Shown here: positions 40,501 through 52,500 of the stretch, in pieces
Position numbering within the stretch: position 1 is the first letter of the stretch
Layout of the letters: every line of letters begins with the position of its first letter
Origin: Chrysemys picta bellii
Lineage: Eukaryota
Reading direction: 5' to 3'
NCBI RefSeq assembly: GCF_011386835.1
Contig: NC_088806.1
Coordinates: 28,706,001-28,770,000, forward strand
Length of the DNA: 64,000 nucleotides
Notes under the pieces: generated by a model
Databases searched by the model: none
Seen by the model: the letters and a program-made list of their open reading frames with translations, nothing else
Told to the model about the DNA's origin: nothing
Translations under genes and position numbers: made by a program

Positions 40501-43500
40501 CTAAGCCCTCTTAAGTTGAATGAATAACGTTTGTTTTACAGTTGATAAGAACACACTCTGCATAAAGCCCCAGGGTGCATGTAGAAGTAAAGAACAAAAA
40601 ACAACAACATTCATTGACCTGTTAGCATCTCTTTCCACTGCTTGAACTTCCAGAGACTCCAGGAAGCTGAGAGCAATAACTGCCTGGAGGTCATCTTTGT
40701 TATCAGGAGTTAGATCAATCACATCTGGAAATTGAAGTGAAGTTATCAGTTTTGCACTAGAAGCAGTGAAACATTTAAAAAAAAAAAAAAAAAGGCCAAG
40801 GACCAAACAATGTTAACACAATTTTGCTACATTCATGCAATTAAATCAAACTGCAGAAATATCACAACTTTCTGCTGAAAAATTAAATTAACTCCATGTC
40901 CCTTTAGTTTAAAAAACAAATACTCTACAATCTACCAGGAAGCTGGGAAAAAGGTGTGCACTGCACGGTGCTATTGAAAGACCAGGATTTCCTTATACCT
41001 TGATTAGGACATGGGAAGCGGATAAGAAGCCGTTTGGACTGGTCTAACAAAAGGAAACAAAGTGAAAGCCTTAATTAAAGTTCTTAGTACCACAGAGTCA
41101 CAGATTCCAAGGCCAGAAGGGTCTATTGCGGTGATCTAGTCAGATTCTCTTGTAAGCCACAGGACTTTCCCCCTCAAATAAATCCTAAATCATATATTTT
41201 TAAAAATAGTCAATCTTGATTTAAAAATTGTTAATGTTGGAGAATCCACCACAATCCTTGGTAATAGTTCCAATGGTTAATGATCATCACTAGTAAAAAT
41301 TTGCGTGTTATTTTCAGTCTGAATTTGTCTAGCTTCAACTTCCAGCCATTGAATCATGTTATACCTTTCTAAGATAGATTGAAGAACCTGTTATTAAATA
41401 TTTGTCCCCCATGTAGGTACTTAGACTGTAATCACCCCTTAACCTTCGCTTGTTAAGGTAAACAAATTGATCTGCTTCAAGGTGTTTTCTCTTATCCTTT
41501 AATCATTCTTGTGGTTCTTCTCTGAACCCTCTCCAATTTATCAACATCCTTTTTTAACTATGGGCACCAAAACTATACGCAGTTTTCCAAAAACGGTCGC
41601 ACCAGTTCAAAATACAAAGGTAAAATAACCTCTTTACTCCTACTTGAGATTCCCCTGTTAATGCATCCAAGGATTGCTTTAGCCCTATTGACCACAGCGT
41701 CACATTGGAAGTTCATGTGCAGCTGATTATCCACCACAACCCCCAACTCTTTTTTAGACTCCCTGCTTCCCAGGAAACCCCCCATTCTGTACGTATGGCC
41801 AAAAATCTTTGTTCCAAGATATATACATTTACATTTGGCTTTATAAAAACACATATTGTTTGTTTGCACTCAGTTTAACAAGCAATATAGATTGTTCTGT
41901 ATTAGCAACCAGTCCTCTTCATTAATTACCACTCCCTCAGTGTTAGTTACTGAAATGGCTTTAAGAAGTAAAAGGGTTTAGTTTGTTAACATTTTGTGCA
42001 AAGACTTGGAATCAAATTCAAGTCAGACATTGTGTACCACTGGTCCCATATTGAGTCTTGTGAATGCTCAGCCAATTACAAGATCACTTTGTTTGCCACC
42101 TATTTGGGAATAAGAGAGCGAAGAAAGCAGCCGTTTTGAAACAGATGGGCCTTAAACAGCAGAATAAAATGTAATTGACTGGCCCCCCAGCTACTCCTGA
42201 GTATGGTGCTTCTTATTTTATAAACCTGCTTAGTGCAGAACAGGCAGCTCAATTAGGGAACGCATTGTTTGTGCAGCATATTTGTCTTTTACATGATTAA
42301 AGGAAATTCTTTCCAGGTACTTGTACGTTTAGATTTATATATATACATTTCTTTATATTTTAGCTTATATTTATACTTGGGTGTTTTGTTTTGTTTTCAA
42401 AGCATGTAATTGCTTTTAAAAACAATTTCCAGTTATTCAAACTCCTAGTTCCCAGTAATCTGTCTGGAAGAATGTCATGTGGCCTACTGTCTAGGACCGG
42501 TGCTCTAGCTGTCAGTAGCATTACTCAGCTGTGCAGTGACACTAAACAGATTTAGCTGCTGAGCAGCAAGAACCTGTTGAAATGGGGTGAAGTGAGCCCT
42601 CCCAGAAGTTAAAAATACTTATTTGATCTGTTGATATGTGAAGCATGGCTCCCTGCCCCCGCCAGATACTATCTTTCCAACCATGCTTCTGGCAAAAAGC
42701 AGCTCTTGGCATTTACCTGTTTCCAGGAAAAGAGTGCAGTACGCTACCTTCTAAGGAAAACATCAGCAGTGATTTTACAGCAATTAACATCAACGACACA
42801 GCTGTGTGTGTGATAGCAATTGTTGTAATATATAATGCAGATGGGACACAGGCTATTTACCTTATGCCATCAAAGCCTGTCTCCACCAGTTGCTCCAGGT
42901 AAAATTTTCAAAATCAGCTAAAAACCCTATTGACTTGCAGTGCCCCCATGACACTTAAGTGACTCAGGCGCTTTTGAAAATGTTACCCTTAGTGGCTGTG
43001 TATCTCCCGGTTGCTCTAACATCAGACACACACGCAGGTACTTAGGACAACTAGCCTGCTGGTACTTGGGGCCTTAGAGGCTGGAGTAAGCTCAAAAAAG
43101 GTAAATGTGTGAGTGAATGAAGAACTACTTCTCTAGATGAAAGAGAAACTGGCTAGCAAGGAAGTTCTCGTGACAAAAGAAGCTGGTTGTTCAGTGGGTG
43201 GGAACGATCAAAGATGGAACACAAGCTTCAAAGAGAGTGCTTAAAGACTAGGTTTAAATGCTCAAGAAAATACTAAATGAAGGAGTTTGGTTTCCCCAGG
43301 CTGCTAACGCATTTGTAGAAAGAAGTACATGTCTTAACAACTATCCTCAGTTCTCTATGCTATGGTGTATGAGTGCCTTAGGGCTTTTCTACACTGGCAA
43401 TTAACAGCGCTGCAACTTTCTCGCTCAGGGCGGTGAAAAAACACCCCCCTGAGCGCAGCAAATTTCAGCCAGTGTAAACAGTGACCCAGTGCTGGGAGCT

Positions 43501-46500
43501 TCGCCCCCCCCCGTGGAGGTAGGTTTTTTAGAGCGCTGGGAGAGAGCGCCGCGACCACACAAGGCACGTTAAAGCACTGCCGCGGCAGCGCTTTAGCGTT
43601 GCCGGTGTAGACTAGCCCTTAAGGTCACAAAAGGCTACCAAAGCGGGGGGAGTGATCAGAGAAGGTCATAAGCCTCCAAGAAGAGCTGATAGTTCTTAGC
43701 AGACAACTGATTTTAAAAATGAAAATCACTGCAGTTGGGCAAGTGGCATGCTGAGTATGGCTTATGGCACTATATTCCAGTCTTTAGTTATAGTTGAATA
43801 CTAGAAATGGATGGAAAACATTAAGCTCCTTTTGTCTACCTGCGTTACAAGGCCCTCCCCAGTGAGTGCTTCTTAGACCCACTCCTGGCCAAAGCCCTTC
43901 AGACACTAAACTGTTCTAATCCTGTACAATAAGGCCGTCTGTATTTTTTGTGCTGACCATAATGTTCTAGTCTTCTGGTCAGGTGGCAGGACCTTACTTG
44001 GTTATTTTGTTTCCTTCTTATCCGTATGTTATCAGCAACCACTGTTTGCTAGTTCTACCATGCAACTCATGGGCATGGAAGATAGGGCGTGTTGCCAATC
44101 ACTTAAGAGGTGTTTACTTGACCTGGGAAAAAATGTCAGCCAAGTGGAAGTACTCTCAGAAACACTGGGCATTCAGAGCCTGATCCCTGGAGCCTGAAGT
44201 ACAAGAGAGCCACAGAATGAAAACCCAACTGAACACACAAGAGAGTACTCTTAATGAGAAATATCATCCACCTGAAAATAAACAAGAAAATAATCTTATA
44301 AATGAGAATCAGATTAAAATAATTAGGTAGTGTCAAGGTAGGGCTGACAATTACTAAGCAATCTGTTATTGCTAGAATTACACGACTGTGCCATACCCAT
44401 ATGTTATGTGAAAGAATATGCTGTAAAGCAATGAGCGCACAAAGAAAAAAAAAATCTAAGAGTCTAGCACGTTTGTGCAAGACAAATAAACATTGTCTAA
44501 CAAAGAGGTCCATAAAACTGAACCAATTTTCAGCAACATCAAATCCTGTTAAACCTACACATTCCTTAACCACTTCACTTGACTGACATTGGTTCAAAGA
44601 GCAAGGACACCCCGCATCCTGAGCAGTACCTGGCCTATGCAACAGAAAGGGTGAAACAAAAAGGTGGAGTTCTAAAATGGACTCAGTTGTTCCCTGTTGC
44701 CTTGTTACACAAATTCAAAGTGACAGTTCATCAGTTTGGTGAAAAGCGCCTAAGTGGGGCTTATATAGGGCACAAGCCTTGTGGGTAGCCCGGCAGGATG
44801 AATTTCACCGCCAGCAATTTCTTATCAGTGATAAACCCATATCACTTTCTGAGGAAGGGTGACCACGAATGCACACAATATTCCAGATAAGAATGAACCA
44901 CCTACTGGTGGGTTGCTCTTTGCCCACAGCACTCCCTTCACAGTCAGATGGTTCCACAGCGACTGCTTCCTGGCCTGGCTCTTTAACACACTCCTCAGTG
45001 AGGAAGTTGACTGCATCTGTTAGGTCACCATTTGCGGCCTGAGAGGAAAAAAAAAAGGGGGGGGGGGAATAGCCAAGTACCCATTATTCCAGATTCTTTT
45101 ATATACATCTGAATGAAAATCAACACCATCCACATGAAAGAGAACATGCTGGTACCAGGTCAGCTTTCTCCAGCCATGCGGAAAAGCTGACTGCCAAGGA
45201 GTTAAAATTTTAAAGCTGAAAAATTTCTCAGATGATAAATAATTAGCGTTCATTCTACACCTTAAGTGTCGTTCAGTCAACTCTGGTTTCCTTAAAAGAG
45301 ATTAGAGCATTCACAGGCTCTAATATCAGCAAGGTACTTAAGCACATACTTAACTTTAAGCATCTGAGTATCCCACTGAAATGAGACTACTCATGTGCTT
45401 AAAGTTAGGCACGTGCCTAAGCATTTTACTCAACTGGGGCCTTATTAATGGGTAGAAATTTATTAGAGCATAAGCTTTCGTGGGCTACAGCCCACTTCTT
45501 CAGATGCATATAGCTCTAAGGTGCCACAAGTACTCCCGTTCTTTTTGCGGATACAGACTAACACGGCTGCTACTCTGAAACCTGTCATTAATGGGTAGGA
45601 GCACTGTGTCCTCAAAAAGTCATGAGTGTGGCCCTCTGCATTGCTTTATAATTGTAGGAATGTGTAAAGGAACTACAGGAACCATATGTTAAACACAGAG
45701 CATACAGCCCATATCACAAGAGAAAGAACTTAAAATAACATGGGTAGACAGACCTATTTAGTTTTAGGGAACAAAGCAATGTTAAAATTTACAAACAAAA
45801 AGCTTTTTCCCTCCCAAAACTCTATAATCAATTAATTCACATTACAACAACTCCCACTTGAAGAAACATTGAAGGGGATTTTTTGTTTGTTATTTGTTAG
45901 TTTCCTTCTTTTTTTAAAAAAGTCTCCTCATGCAGTCAGCAGCAACAGCCACCTCCTGGCTGACAGACCTCAAGAGAACAGACTCCAGTGGTCCCAGACT
46001 AGATAATATTAGCGCTGTATTACCCTTCAGTCCCTCCCTGTTTTCTGCTGCAATTTATAATGCACACTATGATTTATAGTAGGGATCTTTCCAGGAAAGT
46101 GTTTCTTCTTCTACTCAGAACCTCTCATGTGCCTCTTTATAGCATATGCTGTTCTGCTCCCAGTTCTGGCAAAACGACCACAAGTCTGAAAGCACAAACC
46201 ACAAGTCTGTGGTGGTTGTTTCAGCTGTGGAGAATTGTGAAGACTGTTTAGCTGAAGTAAAACTTATTTTACCCCACATTTTTATTTATTGTTATGCTTC
46301 AGTACATACATGAAAAAGCCCACTTGAGCCAAACCTCAATGTTTCCCGGAAATGATTACAGCATCTCAGCATAATACTTGTTGTAGTTGCAGAACAGGTT
46401 CTTAAAGCCTACTGCTGGAAAAGTATGGGCACTGCTCCTGTTATAGTTTGATTCAAAATTTAGAAGAATGGATATTAATCCAAAGAAGAGTTACTTCCTT

Positions 46501-49500
46501 CCAGCCATAACATCATATGCGGCACTCATGTATCCACCCACACAGGCCTCTCATGTCTTTAAAATAACAGAAGTTAGACAGGGAATAACTTAATAGGTGA
46601 CTTGGTCCATTCTCCTGTGTGGACAGAATCAGGGCCGGCTCCAGGCACCAGCTGAGCAAGCTGGTGCTTGGGGCGGCAGATTGTTGGAGGCGGCATTCCG
46701 CCCAATCCTAGGGCAGCACGGCCACATTTTTTGTTGTTTTGTTTTTGTTCTTGTTCCGCTCCTGCCGCCCTGTAGGGGACAGCAGCGCAGAGAACCAGAG
46801 CGCCCTGCAGGGCAGTCCTCTTCCTTCCCTCCCCGCCGACCGGAGCGGAGCCCTCGCGGCAGGCGGCGGCGCAGCGGGAAGGGCCGCGTGGCAGCGCCCC
46901 TGCTGTAGCCCTGGCCGCCCCCTTCTCTCTCTCTCTCCCGCGCCGCAGGTTTTTTTTTTTGCTTTGCCGTTCTGGCTGCCCCTTTTTTGGGGGGGGCGGG
47001 GGGGGGGGGGCGGCCAAAAAGCCAGAGCCGGCCCTGGACAGAATTGCTCCCTGTAGCACATATTCTACTATTTTTGTCGAGTCCAGTTTTGAGCATCTCA
47101 AGCAAGGCAGTATTCTAATATCTGCATATTACAAATGCCAAACAAATATTTGGAGTTTAAATGCTATTTACAGAAAGCTCATATACAGGTTAAAGCTTGA
47201 AGCAGCGCACGCAACAAGACAAAGTCAGCTGAGAATAGAACAACGACGACATTCACAGTATCTCCGCAAAGCATACTAACCTTCAGGGCTGCATGAAGGA
47301 ACGAGGGATCCTGAATTCCTGTGATTTCTCCCAAGCGGTTTAAGAGCATTTGGCAATTCTGTGTTACAAAGGACAAAGAAAGTTCATGTAAGGCGGTGAA
47401 TGAGAAAGACACCAAGCTTCTGCCACGCGTCTTGTCAGGGGCTTATGATTTTGACTAACACAAGACCCAGCACCCTGAGATAATGACACTGTCAGACTTG
47501 AATCTGAATATGTTAGAATTCTTCCAACGGGTTTACAGACTAACATTAATTTTTGTTTGTATTTAAAAGAGAATGTTAAAAGGCATATCTGAGAAGAAAT
47601 GGTAAAAATGCCAATAGTTACACTGGGGGAGAGGGGCAGGGCATCAGTGCCCCATGTAAATCAATCCTCTCAAAGAGAAGCAGCATGTGCATTAGGACAT
47701 ATAAGGAGCCCAGGGAATGTGTGTGGGTTTGATGGAGGGCTATTTTAAGCCTAGTTGCACATGCCATTTGTGTGTGTCACTTCTCACTTACAATAAGGTG
47801 ACAGAGATATAGAGCACAGTGGGCCTGGAGAATCCTCTTCCCCTCCTCCCACAAGAAGCTCTGAATTTTTGGTTAGCTAGCTGCTTGTTGGTTGAGTTAC
47901 CACTCAAAAATCTTTCAATACAGAGACTGCAACCAACCCTTGACCATGAAAGACATTATTTTAGGTTTCAAGTTCTCTCTCTTCTTTTTGTTGTTAAACA
48001 TCAGGAGTAAATTATATCAGAAATACAGAAATTTCACATCTGTGACCCTATGCAGAGTTCCTCAGCGTTTTATTCCACATTCCCCTTATTTACTGTGTCT
48101 GAGGTTGCTATGGGGGATAAGGAGGCAGTCCAGACTGTGGAGTTGTCAATATTGGGGTGACATGCAGTTTCACAGGTCTTTTTTACTGAGTCTGGATGGT
48201 GCAGCATGTCTACTTTTCCAGTGCCTGGCCAAGACAGGGGCTGGAATGAGAATGAGATGGCTGAAGCTCAAACCGGATAAGACGGAGGGGATTCTCGCTG
48301 GTTGTGAAAGCAGCTCAAGAGCATGGTGGGGACAGTGTATGCGCTTCTTCTTGTGGGAGATGGCCACTCTTTGTCAATTAAGTTTGCAACTGAGAGAAGC
48401 TTAAGGAGCAGTCAAGGGGCCAGATGTCGCAGATGGCTTTGGTGGCCAGAAATCTTTTTTTCCAACCTGCATTTGGTCTTGTGATAGATTCTTTGTTGAG
48501 AATCCTTGTCAGAGCAATCCAGGCCTTTCCAACCTCCAGACTGAATTATTATGAAAGGCAGATGGGGCTGCCCTTGACCACTACAGCTGGTGCAAAATGT
48601 GGAAGCCAGCCAGCTAAAAGTTATTAGCCTGAGGGAGTTCATGACACCAGTTTTCTACAGATCACACTGTGGTCCTATTCACTTCAGAATGAGTCAAACA
48701 ATACTAGTCAGGAATGGTCAGCACTTGGTCTGTTGGATCTGAAAGCCTAGGGCTCCAACAACAGCATGGTGAAAAATGCCTTTCAGCCTTACAGGTAGAC
48801 AAAAGCATTCATCTGCTGCACAGAGGTAACTCCAAAGTCTATGTGGATCACTGGACAAAGAATTTGTGGTAAATGGAGTAAGATAAAAGGGTTATATTTT
48901 ATCGGTAAATGTCAAACTTGAATTTCATCACACACACATAAACTGACCAAAAAATATTTCCATAGATAATTACTGAAACTTACAGATAGAAAGAGTAAGA
49001 AAAATGCTACATGAGAATTTATTAGAGTTTGAGCTATGGATATTTAACTTTGTATATTTTGACATACAACGTTGACAATATGTGTTTTAATGGCTATAAA
49101 GCTTTAACTTTTGACTCTCAATATCTACTGTCACTAAATAACTATTGTCTGGTGCCCCATAATTTCCTGCAACTGAAAATCTGAACAGATAAAAATGAAA
49201 AAATGTTTTAAAATAATCAATATTATCCATTAAATTATCACAAAATAAAAACTGAATTCTGCCAAGCCTAATGATAATCACCCACAGCACATCTGAAACC
49301 TAATACAGACGCCTCCTGACTTACCCAATCGTTCCCTTCCGGAAAGCCTTGTATAACTCAAATTTAACATAAGTCGGAAACGTATACCCGTATCTTACAC
49401 AAAAATTTCCACAACTTGAAAATCCTATTTCTGCCTTACGGAACTTTTTCCGTAAGTGCGAATTTACGCGAGTTGGGTCTTGTGTAACCTGGGGAGCATC

Positions 49501-52500
49501 TGTAAATGCTTCATATAGACCTAGTTACTTTGTATTAACTGCCAGTTCTGGTATAAATACTGACTCAAAGGACTGTCCTTTTGTAGCGGTGGTCATCAGC
49601 TTTACTGTCTAAGCATCCCAGTGCTATGAATAACTTTAGAGACAGCACTGAGCTAGAGGGGTCAATTGTCCATAAAGAGTCAGAGCTCTTGATTATTCTA
49701 GTCCGTGACAATTCTTCCTGCATAAGAAACATTTCAGCAGCCTTCTAGCTCTAGCATTTGGTTTCAACTGGAATTAGAGACAGTGAGATACAGCTTTGCA
49801 ATGCAGCAATCAGGAGTGTAGGAAAGACATTAGCACCCAGAGAGAAATCTCCACCATCACTTCTGACATACTTGATGCTAACGGGGCTCTTTAGAAGCCC
49901 ACCCTCAGTCCTATCCAGAGAGTTTTAATCTCACCAATTTGTACAGTTATTTGATCCTAAATCTATTGCTCTGCAATTCCACTGTAAAATCCTTCCCATA
50001 GTCTGATAAGCCTAACAGTAACTCTACACATTCAGATCTAATTTGAGTCATGTTTTCCTAGGGGAATTAAGCAAGTCACCTTTGTTTCCAACCATCCATC
50101 AAAAGTACAAACAGCAGTCATTCAATTGCTGCTATTTCACTTAGAAACATTATCAAACAAACAGCAACATGGCTTTGGAGAAATGGGTGCACCACAGTGC
50201 TTGCCCCGAAGAGCTCACATTCTTTATCCTTTTCATAATCTACAATATATAAAAAGCTAAAACTACAAAAATCAAAAATTATTGAGAATGCACTGAGTAA
50301 AAACCAATCTTACTGCCCCCCCCCCCCCCCCCCCCACACACACACACTTAGGTTAATTCTTGGATAAAAACTCTCCCTATCCCCAAAGCTACTCCGGAGA
50401 AAAAAGAAACAGGAAATTCTTATGACTAGCAGGCAGTAGAATGGGAAATTGCATGCTGATCTAATGCCAACATTCTGAGGATCAGGGTTGCAGTCCTTTC
50501 ACAAAGGCAAACCAATTATATCATGTTTCTAATTTTGCTGCCACACCAAGTTGTATTCCAGTTGCTTAACTCCCCTTTGCGCTGCAGGGCATTTTCTTTT
50601 CTTTTTTCGGTCTGGAGGAAAACTCAACATAAACCTTTTACCTATGTCTAACTCACGTTAATAAAAAACACACAATAACTAAACACACGCCAGGACAAGA
50701 CATGTTGTGTGCTCAACAAGGAACAGTTTTACTGTGAAAGAGGGACTAAGCAACTAGAGTCAACAGGCAACTCTCTGTCTTAAGTGACCTTTATGGACGT
50801 ATCCCGAAGGCTTCTGGTGGAATTTTATCCAACCTTTAGTTAAAGACCATTTCCTACTCGCCAATCAGTTTGTGTTGTTCCTCTGGGTCTCCACTAAGGC
50901 ACAATTTATTGCACTAGCATGTCAGTCACAAGACTAGGGTTTGCAACTGAAGGTTTCCTCTGTACAACATACTGAGAGGGTTTGCATTCATGGCAAACAA
51001 CCACTGGCAAGTGCCAACACATCTGCATTGGCATGTTTTAAGTGTCATATTTATTAAATGGTTTAAAAATCCCCACTCTGTTCTGACTAGTCTGTGTGTT
51101 GTGCCACCTCGGAAACTGGACATATGTAATGGAAACAATTATAATATATGGCAGCACCACAAACGTGCCTGGCACGTTACAAGAAAGGGAGTCCCTTCCC
51201 AGAAGAACTTACAATACACGTTAAGACTATAGCAACAGAATAGGATGATAAACAACAAGGGGCTGACAGAGGGGAAGATGATGGTGTAATCAGCTAAGGG
51301 AGTCATGAGAGTCCTAGATTTGTTGTTTTAAAATGGCTATGGAATATAAACTACCTGAAGTAATATGCTTTGAGGAGAGATTTAAAGCAGGACAGGCTAG
51401 AGGCAGGATAGACGGCAGAAATAGCAGTCTGCATGAAGGACAACACAGTGGCCTGCATGGAAGCAGCACACAAGATAGGTGACCTTTACCAACTGCATTT
51501 TAACTTCACATTTATCATGCTTGGAAAATAGATATCAAGAAGATTAAAAACCTACAGATGGACATTAACAACAATTCCAGCATTTGTGCAGTAAAACCTT
51601 TTGCAATCCAATACCTAGCTAGATTGAAGGATGAAAATAGTTGGCCATTGCTTTAATGTACATATGCAGACTCTGAGTCTTGTACAATTTTGACATTAGA
51701 ACTGCATAAATACTGCACAATTAGAACACACACAAAATCAATTGCCTGTTCCCACTGATTTCTCCAATGCAGAACCCACAGCCAAATTATCTCAAGAACA
51801 TAGTTCCCTGAAGATCTTGGATTCGGCTGAAGTCCCTGGCCTTTCAAACTTAAATGAGATTGAAAGTGAATCTATTCATGTTCTCTTCATGTTACAGATG
51901 TCTATGGACATACAACTTGCATCCTTCAGAACAGTTTTAATTGGATCCTCTAAAGGCAAGTAATACAACCTACATTAAAAAAGGCTTCAGAAGATGAGTC
52001 TTTGTACATGGCACAGAAGTTAAAGGCTGTTTTAATAATGGCAAGAGGTAAAATGAATTACTGAGGGGTTATATAGACAGAAATGGTGTCCACAGACTTC
52101 ACAGATTCCAAGGCCAGAAGGGACCATTATGATCATATATCTATATAACACAGGCCAGAAAACTTCCCCAAAATAATTCCTAGAGCAGATTTTAGAAAAA
52201 TATCCAATCTTGATTTAAAAATGATCAGTGATGGAGAATCCCCCACTGCCCTTGGTAAATTGTTCCAATGGTAAATTACTCTCACCATTAAGACTAACAG
52301 ATCTGTTAGTCTTTAAGGTGCCACCAGACTCCTTGTTGTTTTTGTAGATACAGACTAACATGGCTACCCCCTGATACTTCTCACCATTAAAAATGTACAC
52401 TTTATTGCCAGTCTGAATTTGTCTAGCTTCAACTTGGATCATGTTTTGGATAGATTATCCATCTTTTGAATCATGTTATACCTTTCTCTGTGAAACTGAG

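Noticed and set aside
44136-44642. 168-aa hydrophobic ORF in USP28 intron 3
   Set aside because: Low-complexity T-rich intron sequence with no homology or splice support.
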